NCBI GenBank assembly: GCA_963727485.1
Contig: CAVSGM010000002.1
Location: 198,854 to 262,853, forward strand
Source: an uncultured delta proteobacterium
GTDB lineage: Bacteria > Myxococcota > Myxococcia > SLRQ01
Direction of reading: 5' to 3'
DNA: 64,000 nt
The notes below the pieces were generated by a model, which was not told where the DNA came from, did not search any database, and was given only the letters and a program-made list of their open reading frames with translations. Position 1 is the first letter of the stretch, and each line of letters opens with the position of its first letter. This document shows, piece after piece, positions 1-16,100 of the stretch. The translations under genes and the position numbers were made by a program.

Positions 1-543
1 TTGATCTGGATGTTGATCGCCTGGCCGGCGCGGGTGACCGTGTACTCGGCGATCACCATGCCGTGGATGCCGGCCATCTGCGCCTGCTTCGGGTAGCGCG
101 GCTGGCAGGCGTCGGCATCGACCTCCTTGGGAGGCACCATGCCGGGCTTGAGGAACACCGGCGGGGGCTCCCCGGTGCCGGTGCCGCCGAGCTGGCCGCC
201 GAGCTGGCCGCCGAGGACGCCGCCCACGACGCCGCCGACCACACCGCCGGCCACGCCGCCCTCGACGCCCTGGTCCTCGTTGTCGTCGTTGGTGTCGTCG
301 GTCTTCGGCTGTTCCTTGGGGATCTGCTTGGGCACGACCAGCTTGTGGGTCTTGTGCACCACGTGGTGCTTCTTGTGGTGGGTCGTGTGGTGGCTCGCCG
401 GCGGGGGCGGCGGCGGGGGCGGCGGCGGAGGCGCGTGGAACACGACCTTCACCGGCCCGTTCTTCGGCTGCTCCGCGACCGCCGTGGCGGCCCGGTACAG
501 CCAGAAGATCAGTCCCAGGTGGAAGGCGATCGCCACGACCATG
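1..543 (-). CDS. tonB: TonB family protein (N-terminal part; C-terminal domain runs off the window edge)
   Basis: Reverse-strand translation: MVVAIAFHLGLIFWLYRAA (membrane anchor), Pro-rich spacer with PPPPPPPPPPP and HHKKHH, then PRYPKQAQMAGIHGMVIAEYTVTRAGQ (TonB C-terminal signature). Open to position 1. Start ATG about 543, alternative GTG about 599. Hand-derived, not in ORF track. Confidence 0.6.
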
Positions 544-859
544 AAGGCGCTGCGGCGAACCGCCGAGGGGTTGTTGCTGCTGCCGACTGACTCGAACACT
601 GGACGCTCCCTGCCATTACGAGCCGGGGGAGGATGCCGAACCACTTGTGGCCCTGTCAAGCGGGGGTGTCGGTCGCGTGGCCAACCACGTCACCGCGACC
701 CGCACCCTCTCCTTAGAGGTGTCCCTGTTTCTGTGACGCATGGGTGGCGTCCAGCCCCGGCAATGGGTATCCTCCCGCCCGATCCCGAGAGGGTCGGGAA
801 CGGGGCCCAAGCTAGGCTTTCATACACACGAGCGCCAGCGCGTGTTCCCCGGGCCATGC

Positions 860-888
860 TTGACACTCTCAGAACGGGTGGATATACG
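860..888 (+). promoter_or_regulatory. Candidate sigma-70-type promoter for the TonB-dependent receptor (TTGACA, 17-nt spacer, TATACG)
   Basis: Read from sequence in the tonB/receptor divergent intergenic region; -10 matches consensus 4/6 only; coordinates approximate. Confidence 0.25.
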
Positions 889-996
889 ACCCACGCTCTT
901 GGATCCTGAGATCCCCAAAGTATGCTGGAAGCTTTCCAAACAGCCGTGACTGAGGGAGCCCGTCGCCAAAAGGCCGTCGGGCGGAGGAGGGAAGTC

Positions 997-3900
997 ATGC
1001 GATTGACCCGTAACTTTGCGCGTCTTGCCCTGGTGGCACTGGCGGCGGGGGCCTTTACGGCCGCCCAGGCCCAGACCACCGGAACGATCGTTGGTACGAT
1101 CCAGGACGCCAGCAACGGCAACCCCATTAGTGGCGCCCTCGTGGTCGCCCAGTCCCCGTCGCTGCAGGGCGAGCAGACCGCCCTGACCAGTGACGAGGGC
1201 ACGTTCCGCATCACCCTGCTGCCTCCTGGGCAGTACACGGTGATCGTCCAGGCCGACGGCTACCGCCCCGGCCAGCGAGGCAACATCACCGTTGACCTCG
1301 ACAAGACCATCCGGGTCACCATCCAGCTCGTGCCGAAGGCCCTCAAGGCCAAGGACGTGGTGGTCAAGGCGACCGCCCCGGTCATCGACCAGGGTTCCAC
1401 CTCCTCCGGCGCGGTGGTCAACGCCGACACCTTCGCGAAGAACGTCCCCACGGGCCGTTCCTTCCAGTCGGTGCTCAACGTGGCCCCCTCCGCCAGCTCC
1501 GACGGGCTGGGCACCACCTTCCGTGGGTCGTCCTCCCCCGAGAACAACTGGATCATCGACGGGGTCACCACCACCGACGTCGCCTACGGCAACGGCGGCA
1601 CCTCGCTGCCGAGCTTCTTCGTGAAGCAGGTCGAGGTGAAGACCGGTGGCTACCAGGCCGAGTACGGTCGCGCGACCGGCGGCGTGGTCAACGTCGTGAC
1701 CCGCTCCGGCGGCAACGCCTTCCACGGCGACGCCTTCGTTCGGTTCTCGTCGGGGGCCCTGAACCTCCCGAGCGCGAACATCCAGACCGGGTCGTCGCCG
1801 ATCAAGCCGACCGCCCAGCAGAGCCTGAACGTCGACTTCGGCTTCGACCTCGGCGGCTACATCATCAAGGACAAGCTCTGGTTCTTCGTGGGCGTGGTGC
1901 CCCAGATGGTCACCGACACCTACACCCGGTACGTGGAGCCGAAGACCACTGACGCCAGTGGCAACGACTTCACCTCGGGCCTGTGGCAGCCGACCTTCAA
2001 GAGCCCCATCGACAGCCTGACCAAGACCTACAACTGGAGCGGCACCACCATCGGCCGCATGGCCAAGCTGACCTGGAACGTCAACGAGAACAACTCGGCC
2101 CAGCTCTCCTACTTCGGGAACCCGGGGACGGACAGCGGCGTCATCAACTCGAGCCTCAACGGCACCGTGGCGGCCCTGTCCGCCAAGGAGGCCGGTGGCA
2201 ACCAGGACCTTAGCGTCCGGTGGACGAGCAAGCTCCTCAACAAGAAGATGCTCGCCGAGGTGTGGTACGGCCTGCACTACGAGACCAGCTCCACGCTGCC
2301 GGACACCAGCCTCCTGCAGTCGGGTGAGGGCTCGAGCGTGGCCACCAACGTCAGCGGTCCCATCGCCACCCAGTACCAGTACGACTACCTCCCGCCCGAG
2401 TTCGCCAACACCCCGGGCTGCGAGCCGACCACCGCCGGTGACAACACCACCTCCCCGTGCGCCAGCCGCTACTACATGGAGGGTCCGTGGTGGTACCAGT
2501 CGGACAACACCATGACCCGTAACGCGGTCGACCTGAAGTTCACCAACTTCGTGAACGCCGCCGGTCACCACGAGATCAAGTACGGTGGCGACTACCAGGT
2601 CAACCGGTTCCTCAACAAGTACGGCTACTACAACAAGTACGCCCAGCGGATCTACAACGGGTATACCCGGACCCAGGCCCTCGGTGACCTGAACGCCGCT
2701 GGCGACTTCGTGCCCAAGGACTTCCGCCGTCCGAACGGCCACACCTACGACACCAGCCTCTTCCTCCAGGACAACTACTCTCCTGTGGACGGGCTCTCGG
2801 TGAACCTCGGCCTCCGTTGGGCCACCCAGCAGGTGTGGGGCACCGGCCAGAAGAAGGCCTCCATCGCCATCAACGACAACCTGTCGCCGCGCGTTGGCGT
2901 GACCTACGACTGGACGGGGACCGGGCGCTCGAAGGTGTCGGCCTACTACGGCCGCTTCTACGAGGCCATCCCGATGGACATCAACTCCCGCGCCTTCGGT
3001 GGCGAGGTCTTCGGCCTCCAGTGGTGGCTGCCTGACGGCACCAACATCACCAACGGCATCTGCTCGCCGGGCAGCTGTGACGCCAGCGGCAACTACTACG
3101 CCCTCGGCGGGTCGGGCACCTACGTGGCCCCGGGCCTCAAGGGCCAGTACATCGACGAGTACAGCGCCGGCGTGCAGTACGAGATCCTCCCGGACCTCGC
3201 CGTGGGCGCCAACCTGGTCCACCGCAACCTCGGCCGCATCATCGAGGACGTCTCGCCTGACAACGGGAACACCTACATCCTCGCCAACCCCGGCGATCAG
3301 GGTGCCCTCGACGCCGGCGTCGCCGACCTCACCAAGCAGCTCCAGGCGGCCGGTGGCACCATGGGCAGCGACGGGACCCCCGACTGCTCGGCGGCCAGCA
3401 ACGCGGCCAGCTGCAACGACATCGCCAACAACCTGGTGCTGGTCCGCGGCGTCAAGGCCTTCCCGGCCCCGACCCGCAACTACGACGCCATCGAGCTGAG
3501 CGTGAAGAAGAACTTCTCGCGCAACTGGTACATGGTGGCGTCCCTGACCTTCTCCAAGACCTACGGCAACTACCCTGGTCTGTTCACCCCGGAGAACGGT
3601 CAGCTCGACCCGAACGTCACCTCCCAGTACGACCTCATCAGCCTCCTGTACAACCGGACCGGGCCTCTGCGCTCCGACCACCCGGTGTACTTCAAGCTCG
3701 ACGGGTACTACCTGTGGAACTTCGGTCTGGTCACCGGCCTCTCGCTCCGCGGGCGCTCCGGCACCCCGATCGACGCCCTCGGTGCCCACCCGGTGTACGG
3801 GCCGAACGAGGCCTTCGTCCTCCCCCGTGGCTCCGGCGGCCGTACCCCTCCGGTCTACGACGTGGACGTGAACGTGGGCTACACGCTGAAGGTGACCGGT

Positions 3901-4167
3901 GACGTGAAGGTGGCGCTCAACGCCAACATCTTCAACCTGTTCAACTTCCAGCAGCTCGTCGGCGTGAGCAGCACCTACACCGACAACAGCGTGATGCCGG
4001 TCGTCGGCGGTTCGCTCTCCGACATCCAGGATTCCAGCGGGAACCCGACCCTCCTGGACGTCAACGGCGACCTCATCACCAAGAGCCCGACCTGGCGCAA
4101 GCCGACGTCGAGCGGCAGTGTGCAGTCGCCGCTCGGGGCCCGGATCGACCTCCGCGTCTCCTTCTAG
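997..4167 (+). CDS. Oar-like TonB-dependent outer-membrane receptor with N-terminal carboxypeptidase-regulatory-like domain
   Basis: ORF 922..4167; internal start MRLTRNFARLALVALAAGAFTAAQAQ (signal peptide) preceded by GGAGG; N-terminal GTIVGTIQD...GTFRI...GQYTV domain; about 1057 aa; terminal residue Phe typical of beta-barrel OMPs. Confidence 0.85.
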   Translation: MRLTRNFARLALVALAAGAFTAAQAQTTGTIVGTIQDASNGNPISGALVVAQSPSLQGEQTALTSDEGTFRITLLPPGQYTVIVQADGYRPGQRGNITVDLDKTIRVTIQLVPKALKAKDVVVKATAPVIDQGSTSSGAVVNADTFAKNVPTGRSFQSVLNVAPSASSDGLGTTFRGSSSPENNWIIDGVTTTDVAYGNGGTSLPSFFVKQVEVKTGGYQAEYGRATGGVVNVVTRSGGNAFHGDAFVRFSSGALNLPSANIQTGSSPIKPTAQQSLNVDFGFDLGGYIIKDKLWFFVGVVPQMVTDTYTRYVEPKTTDASGNDFTSGLWQPTFKSPIDSLTKTYNWSGTTIGRMAKLTWNVNENNSAQLSYFGNPGTDSGVINSSLNGTVAALSAKEAGGNQDLSVRWTSKLLNKKMLAEVWYGLHYETSSTLPDTSLLQSGEGSSVATNVSGPIATQYQYDYLPPEFANTPGCEPTTAGDNTTSPCASRYYMEGPWWYQSDNTMTRNAVDLKFTNFVNAAGHHEIKYGGDYQVNRFLNKYGYYNKYAQRIYNGYTRTQALGDLNAAGDFVPKDFRRPNGHTYDTSLFLQDNYSPVDGLSVNLGLRWATQQVWGTGQKKASIAINDNLSPRVGVTYDWTGTGRSKVSAYYGRFYEAIPMDINSRAFGGEVFGLQWWLPDGTNITNGICSPGSCDASGNYYALGGSGTYVAPGLKGQYIDEYSAGVQYEILPDLAVGANLVHRNLGRIIEDVSPDNGNTYILANPGDQGALDAGVADLTKQLQAAGGTMGSDGTPDCSAASNAASCNDIANNLVLVRGVKAFPAPTRNYDAIELSVKKNFSRNWYMVASLTFSKTYGNYPGLFTPENGQLDPNVTSQYDLISLLYNRTGPLRSDHPVYFKLDGYYLWNFGLVTGLSLRGRSGTPIDALGAHPVYGPNEAFVLPRGSGGRTPPVYDVDVNVGYTLKVTGDVKVALNANIFNLFNFQQLVGVSSTYTDNSVMPVVGGSLSDIQDSSGNPTLLDVNGDLITKSPTWRKPTSSGSVQSPLGARIDLRVSF

Positions 4168-4269
4168 GTAGACGCGGGTCGAGAAGACCCGAGCTGTAGA
4201 TGAGGGCGGCGGACCTTGATGGTCCCGCCGCCCTCGTCGTATGTATCGCCCGCGGATCGGAAATCCACC

Positions 4270-7555
<3,286 letters not shown>

Positions 7556-7559
<4 letters not shown>

Positions 7560-8035
7560 TCGACAGCATTCCCATGACCGCCGAGGGCCACGTACGCCTC
7601 CGGGACGAGCTCAAGCGCCTCAAGTCCGTCGACCGCCCCGAGGTCTCCAAGGAGATCGGCGTGGCCCGCGAGCACGGCGACCTCAAGGAGAACGCCGAGT
7701 ACCACGCGGCCAAGGAGAAGCAGGGGATGATCGAGGCGCGGATCGCCTACCTCGAAGATCACCTGGCCCGGGCCGAGATCATCGACGTCTCCAAGCTCTC
7801 GGGCGACCGGGTGGTCTTTGGCGCCAAGGTGGAGCTCCTCGACGTGGACAACGACACCGAGGTCACCTACCAGATCGTCGGCGAGGACGAGGCCGATCTG
7901 GACCAGGGGCGCATCTCGGTGCGCTCGCCCATCGCCCGGGCCCTCATCGGCAAGGAGGTCGGGGACACGGCGGTGATGCAGACCGGCCGGGGGCGGCGCG
8001 AGTACGAGATCCTCGAGGTCGAATTCGAGGCGTAG
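7556..8035 (+). CDS. greA: Transcription elongation factor GreA
   Basis: [23 protein letters not shown]...; start overlaps the carB stop (ATGA); ORF 7511..8035. Confidence 0.9.
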
Positions 8036-8038
8036 AGG

Positions 8039-10545
8039 GTGCCCGGATCGGAGCTCGCGGGCCTCATCGGCCCCCTCCGGTTCGCGAGCCGGAACGACTT
8101 CGCCGGGGTGGAGCGGCTCCGGGGCTTCGAGGCCCTGGTGCGGGCCCGGGTCGAGGCGGCCCGGCGTGCCGGCGAGGCCGACGCGGCCCTCCTCGAGGCG
8201 CTCACCGAGGGGGTGAGGGGCTTCGACGGCAAGGATGCCGCGGCCCGGGAGGCGGTGGTCCGGGAGGTGGTGGCGCTCCTGGGGCGACACCTGGCGCTGC
8301 CGGCGGAGCTGGGCGCGCTGGCAGGGCAGGGGGCCGCGGCGCCCGCGAAGGCGGCGGTGGGGCCGAGGCCAACAGCGCCCGCGAAGCTCGCACCGCCCGC
8401 GTCCGCGTCCCACGCCCCGCACCTGGCCCGGGACGCCAGCCACGCCGGCGACGCCGCCCTCGCCGCCGCCGTCTCCACCCTCCCGGGGGTGGGGCCGAGC
8501 CGGGCCCACGCCTTCGAGGCCCGGGGGGTGGCCACGGTCGCCGACGCCCTCTGGTTCCTCCCGGTCTCCTGGGAGCGCCGGGTCCACGCCGGCCGCATCG
8601 CCGACCTGACCCACGGCACCAAGGCCGTCGTCGCCGGCACCGTGGAGACCGCCGGCGAGCGCTTCCTCGGGGCGCGGCACCGGAAGGTCTTCGAGGCCCT
8701 GGTCACCGACGGCACCGGCCGGGTCCGGGTGCGCTACTACCATCGCGCCGGGTGGGTGGCCCGCCGGCTCACCTCGGGCGCCCAGGTGGTCCTCTCGGGG
8801 CCGGTGCGCAAGGGCTACGGAGGTCTCCTGGAGATGGCGCACCCGGAGCTCCTCGAGCCCGAGGCCGTGGACGGAGACGAGGCCGACGAGGTGATCCCCC
8901 GCTACCCCGAGGTCGAGGGCGTGCCGCCGCGGACGGTGCGCCGGGCGGTCGCCGCGGCGGTGGTCCACGCCGACGCCCTCCCCGATCCCCTGCCCCCGGA
9001 GGTGGTGGCGCACCGGGGCCTGATGACCCCCGGGGCCGCGCTCCGGGGTCTGCACCTGCCCCCGCCCGGGACCCCGGTGGCGGCGCTCAACGAGGGGCGC
9101 ACCGACGCCCACCATCGCCTGGTCTACGAGGAGTTCTTCTTCCTCCAGCTCGGCCTGGCCCTGAAGGCCCGGGGGGTGAAGCTCGCACGGGGCATCGCCT
9201 TCCCGGTGGGGCCCGCGGAGGTGGAGGCGGCCCTGGAGGCGCTGCCCTGGCCTCCGACCGGGGCCCAGGGTCGGGTGGTCGAGGAGATCGCCGCCGACAT
9301 GGCCCGGGCCCAGCCCATGAACCGCCTCCTCCAGGGCGACGTGGGCTCGGGGAAGACCGCCGTCGCCGCGGTGGCGCTCTCGCTCGCCGTGGGCGCCGGG
9401 TGGCAGGGGGCGGTGATGGCGCCCACCGAGCTCCTCGCCGAGCAGCACGCCGCCACCCTCACCGGGCTCCTGGCGCCTAGGGGATCCGGGTGGTCCGCCT
9501 CTCCGGGAGCCTCGGGGCCGCCGCGCGGCGCCAGGTCCTCGCCGCCATCGCCGCTGGGGAGGCCCAGGTCGTCGTCGGGACCCACGCCCTGATCCAGCAG
9601 GGCGTCGAGTTCCACCGCCTGGGCCTGGTGGTGGTCGACGAGCAGCACCGCTTCGGGGTGCGCCAGCGCATGGAGCTGATGGAGAAGGGGACCCGCCCGG
9701 ACGTCCTGGTGATGACCGCGACCCCCATCCCCCGGACCCTCGCCATGACCGCCTACGGCGACCTGGATCTCTCGGTCCTCGACGAGATGCCCCCCGGGAG
9801 GACGCCGGTCGCCACCAAGCTCTACCGGGCCCAGGCGCGAGAGAAGGTCTACGACGTCATCCGCCGGGAGGTCGGCAAGGGCCACCAAGCCTACGTGGTC
9901 TACCCCTTGGTGGAGGTGAGCGAGAACCTCGAGGACGTCCAGGCCGCCACCGAGGCGGTGGCCCACCTCCAGGCCGAGGTGTTCCCGGAGCTGACCCTCG
10001 GTCTCCTCCACGGGAAGATGCCGCCGGCGGAGAAGGACCAGGTCATGGGCGCGTTCGCCGCCGGGCGCGTCGACGTCCTGGTGGCCACCACGGTCATCGA
10101 GGTGGGGATCGACGTCCCCAACGCCTCGGTGATGGTCGTCGAGCACGCCGAGCGCTTCGGCCTCTCCCAGCTCCACCAGCTCCGGGGCCGGGTGGGGCGG
10201 GGCGCCGCCAGGAGCTACTGCCTCCTGGTCGCCGAGGAGGTGAAGGGTGAGCGGGTGCGGGAGCGCCTCCGGGTCATGGAGGCGACCACCGACGGCTTCC
10301 GCATCGCCGAGGAGGACCTGCGCATCCGGGGCCCCGGGGAGATCCTGGGGACGCGCCAGAGCGGGCACCCGGACCTCCTCTTCGGGAACCTGGCCCGGGA
10401 CCGGGCGCTCCTCGCCCAGGCCCGGGGCGACGCCTTCGCCCTCATCGAGGCCGACCCCCACCTCCAGGCCCCGGGACACCACCGGGCGCGGATCGAGGTG
10501 GTGGCGCGGTGGGGCGGGCGGATCTCGTTGGGGCAGGTGGGCTGA
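8039..10545 (+). CDS. recG: ATP-dependent DNA helicase RecG, split by a frame change near 9475-9495
   Basis: N-terminal part in ORF 8039..9592 (Walker A GDVGSGKT, ...LAEQHAATLTGLLAP); C-terminal part in ORF 9490..10545 (VVGTHALIQ...DEQHRFGV...TATPIPRTL...LHQLRGRVGRG). The downstream frame has an in-frame TAG at the junction. Confidence 0.85.
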
Positions 10546-10574
10546 AGGGCGCCGCCGCTGGTAGAGTGGGCGCC

Positions 10575-10961
10575 GTGATCACCTGTCCCGTCTGCGAGCA
10601 TCCCCAGGCCCAGGGCACCGAGTGCGACGTCTGCGGCCGTCGCTTCCCCTCGGACCTGGTCCAGTCCGCCGGCCACGTCGATCCGCCCGCCGAGGTGGTC
10701 CCCGGCCTCGAGCTCACGGCGGTGGTGGCCCCCTCGGCGCCGACCCCGGCCCTGGCCGCCAACGCCCCCTGCGTCTGGTGCGGCCACGTCCAGGCCGAGG
10801 GCCGGATTCTGCGACCGCTGCGGGATGCAGCGCCACCGGGGAGAGCGCCTCGAGACGTCCGCGGCGGCCCCTGGCGACGAGGCGCCCGTGTGCCCCGAGT
10901 GCGGCCACCCCGCCGAAGGGACGCGGTGCCGCAACTGCGGGGGCCGGCTCCCGGAGGGCGC

Positions 10962-10965
<4 letters not shown>
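10575..10965 (+). CDS. Small triple zinc-ribbon protein (three CxxC-N8-12-CxxCG units), frame change near 10803
   Basis: VITCPVCEHPQAQGTECDVCG / CVWCGHVQAEGR[shift]FCDRCG / CPECGHPAEGTRCRNCGG; third unit and the stop are in a second frame; stop overlaps the thrC start. Confidence 0.5.
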
Positions 10966-12281
<1,316 letters not shown>

Positions 12282-13118
12282 TCGGCGCCGGGTCGGGATT
12301 CCGCTTCGGGAACCTGGGGGTAGGGCGACAGCCTCGCGTGTCACGTGATGGGTGTTCGGTATGTCCGGTCGTCACCGGACGCCGGGTGTGGCGTGCGGCG
12401 ACGCCGGAGGACGCTGCGGGGGCACCGGCGCCGGCGCGGGCGATCATCGTGCCGGCGGACGCCCCTTCCCCGATCCCCGGCCGACGGGATCGCGGCCGAC
12501 GGACCGGACGCCGGGTCTCCGCCGTGGACCCCTTCGGGCACCACGTGAGCGACGCCGCACAAGCCACGATTTCGTCGTGGAAATCACCCTCGGGGCGAGG
12601 GGGTGTCGAGGGGGCCGCCACGCGCTGTCGGCGACGGGACGGGTGCCCCCCCTGTCGCAGCGGACGGGCGGCGCCACGGTGGCGTCACCCGTGGGGGCCC
12701 ACAACGCCGGGGTGCATCTCGACCCACATTTCAAAGCACGAGAACGTGCTCCTCGCCGTCGTGACGCGGCGCACCCGATCACTTCGCGTCACCGGTTCGA
12801 CACCGCCCGCACCGCGTCTGCGCGCTGTCGTGCCCATTTTTCGCGGGCTGAAATGCGGTCGCTTGACGGGTCGGATCCGAGCGTGCTTGTGTGGCCGACG
12901 CTTTGAGGTCACGAGGGGGCAATCGTCGGATGCAGGATGGGGCAACGTCGCCTTTGGCGGCGTCCGGCGGGGGCCACCGAAGGGCCGAGGGGCAGCGGTC
13001 GTGCGGGGGGCGTGCGACACGCTAGGGCTGTGCCGCAACGTGCAGGTGCGGTCCCCGTGATTCCTGATCCTGTTCCCGTTCCAGTTCCTGTTGCAGCGGA
13101 AGTTCCCGGAGGTCGGTC

Positions 13119-16100
13119 ATGCGCATCACCCGTCGGTTCACGGTCGAGGGGGGCTCGCCCTACGACGCGTTCGAGTTCGTCGCGCGTACCAGCGAGATCC
13201 GCGATCCAGGCGGCAAGGTCGTCTTCCGGGCCGAGGACGTCCTGGTCCCCGAGCACTGGTCGCAGGTGGCCACCGACATCCTGGCCCAGAAGTACCTGCG
13301 CAAGGCCGGCGTCCCCGCGGTGGTGAAGCCCGTCGCCGAGAAGGGCGTCCCCAGGTGGCTCCAGCGCCGGGCGCCCGATGCCAAGGCCCTCGAGGCCCTC
13401 CCCGAGGCCGAGCGCCTCGGCCCCGAGCGCGACGCCCGGCAGGCCTTCGACCGCCTCGCCGGCACCTGGACCTACTGGGGCCACAAGCACGGGTACTTCG
13501 ACGGCGAGGACGACGCCCAGGCCTTCTACGACGAGCTGCGGTGGATGCTGGCGCGGCAGATGTGCGCCCCCAACTCGCCCCAGTGGTTCAACACCGGCCT
13601 CCACTGGGCCTACGGCATCGACGGGCCGCCCCAGGGCCACTGGTACGCCGACCCCAAGACCGGCGAGCTCAAGCGCTCCGAGAGCGCCTACGAGCACCCC
13701 CAGCCCCACGCCTGCTTCATCCAGTCCGTCGGCGACGACCTGGTGAGCGAGGGGGGCATCATGGACCTGTGGACCCGGGAGGCGCGCCTGTTCAAGTACG
13801 GCTCCGGGACCGGGACCAACTTCTCGGCGCTCCGGGGCGAGGGCGAGCCGCTCTCCGGCGGCGGGCGCAGCAGCGGCCTGATGAGCTTCCTCAAGATCGG
13901 CGACCGCGCCGCCGGGGCCATCAAGAGCGGCGGCACCACCCGCCGGGCCGCCAAGATGGTCTGCCTCGACCTCGACCACCCGGACATCGAGCAGTTCGTG
14001 GACTGGAAGGTCAACGAGGAGCAGAAGGTCGCCGCCCTGGTGGCCGGCTCCAAGGCCTGCTCGGTGAACCTCACCGCGGTCATGGCCGCCTGCCACACCG
14101 ACACCGTCGCCGGCGACGACCGCTTCGATCCCGAGGCCAACGCGGTCCTCAAGGACGCCGTCCGCGCCGCCCGGAAGGCGTACGTCCCCGCCGCCTACAT
14201 CCAGCGCTGCATCCAGCTCGCCCGCCAGGGCTTCAGCGGGGTGGAGTTCCCGGTCTACGACACCGACTGGCAGTCCGAGGCCTACGTCACCGTCGCCGGC
14301 CAGAACTCCAACAACTCGGTGCGCATCCCCGACGCCTTCATGAAGGCGGTCCTCGAGGACGGCAAGTGGGTCCTCACCCGGCGCACCGACGGCAAGGCGG
14401 CCAAGACCCTCGAGGCGCGCGACCTCTGGGAGCGCATCGCCTCGGCGGCCTGGAGCTGCGCCGACCCGGGCCTCCAGTTCGACTCCACCATCAACGCCTG
14501 GCACACCTGCCGCCCCGACGGGCGGATCAAGGCGTCGAACCCCTGCTCCGAGTACATGTTCCTCGACGACACGGCCTGCAACCTGGCGTCGGTGAACCTC
14601 ATGACCCTGGTCGACGCCGAGGGCAACTTCGACGTCGAGGGGTTCCGCCACGCCATCGAGGTGTGGACGGTGGTCCTCGAGGTCAGCGTCCTCATGGCCC
14701 AGTACCCGAGCCGGGCCATCGCCGAGCGCTCCTACTGGTACCGGACCCTGGGGCTCGGCTACGCCAACCTCGGCGCGGTGCTCATGCGCCTCGGGCTCCC
14801 CTACGACAGCGACGCCGGCCGGGCCTTCTGCGGGGCGGTGAGCGCCGTCCTCACCGGCACCGCCTACGCCACCAGCGCCCGGATGGCCGCCGAGCTCGGG
14901 GCCTTCCCCCGCTACGACGACAACGCCGAGGCGATGCTCCGGGTCATCCGCAACCACCGGCGCGCCGCCTACGCCGCCGCCGACGCCGACTACGAGGACC
15001 TCGAGGTTCCGCCGGTGGGCCTCGACGCCCGCCGCGCCCCCAAGGCGCTCCTCTCCGCCGCGCGCAACGCCTGGGACGAGGCCCTCGAGCTCGGCGAGGC
15101 CCACGGCTTCCGCAACGCCCAGGCCACCGTGATCGCCCCCACCGGGACCATCGGCCTGGTGATGGACTGCGACACCACCGGCATCGAGCCCGACTTCGCC
15201 CTGGTGAAGTTCAAGAAGCTCGCCGGCGGCGGGTACTTCAAGATCATCAACCAGTCGGTGCCCCCGGCCCTCACGCGCCTCGGGTACTCCGACGCCCAGG
15301 TCGCCGACATCGTCGCCTACGTGAAGGGCACCGGCACCCTGAAGGGCGCCCCGGGGGTGAGCCAGGCCGCCCTCAAGGAGAAGGGCTTCACCGACGCCGA
15401 CCTCGCCCGGGTCGACCAGGCCCTGGCGTCGGCCTTCGACATCACCTTCGCCTTCAACCGCTGGACCCTCGGCGACGCGCTGGTCACCGGCCGCCTCGGC
15501 GTCCCCGAGGACGAGCTGGCCCGGCCCGACTTCGACCTCCTCGCCTGGCTCGGCTTCGAGGCCGAGGACGTCCGGGCCGCCTCGGACCACGCCTGTGGGA
15601 CCATGACCATCGAGGGGGCGCCGCACCTCGACGAGGCGCACCTGCCCATCTTCGACTGCGCCAACCGGTGCGGCCGCTACGGCAAGCGCTTCATCGCCGC
15701 CGACGCGCACATCAAGATGATGTCCGTGGCCCAGCCGTTCATCTCCGGCGCCATCAGCAAGACCATCAACATGCCCGCCGAGGCCAGCGTCGAGGACGTG
15801 AAGCACGGCTACCTGCTGTCCTGGCGCCTGGGGCTCAAGGCCATCGCCCTCTACCGCGACGGCTCCAAGCTCTCCCAGCCCCTCTCGGCCACCTGGGCCC
15901 TCGAGGACGTGGACGACGAGGCGCTCCCGGTGGCGGCCGTGGCCTCGCCCGAGGAGGCCGCCGAGCGCATCGTCCTACGCTACCTCGCCCGGCGCCACCG
16001 CCTCCCACACCGGCGCGGCGGCTACACCCAGAAGGCCATCGTGGGCGCCCACAAGGTCTACCTGCGCACCGGCGAGTACCAGGACGGGCAGCTCGGCGAG

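Noticed and set aside
820-3789. 989-aa minus-strand ORF antisense to the TonB-dependent receptor gene (and similar long antisense or alternative-frame ORFs, e.g. 4461..7493 -, 12909..15806 -, 13091..16801 +, 22687..24945 +, 23402..27523 -, 25117..27759 +, 59294..60454 +)
   Set aside because: Translations are Arg/Gly/Pro/Ala-rich low-complexity strings typical of stop-poor alternative frames in about 70% GC DNA; each overlaps a gene with clear conserved motifs on the other strand or frame.
9478-9491. Overlapping AvrII (CCTAGG) and BamHI (GGATCC) sites at the recG frame change, as a possible engineered insertion
   Set aside because: CCTAGG also occurs elsewhere in the window (about 30850 and 46676); no vector-like sequence flanks the site. 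Most simply coincidence plus a sequence error.
12285-13118. Cobalamin riboswitch or NrdR box upstream of nrdJ
   Set aside because: Only weak partial resemblance to the B12-box; the palindrome spacing does not fit the 16-bp NrdR consensus. Reported only as an unexplained leader.
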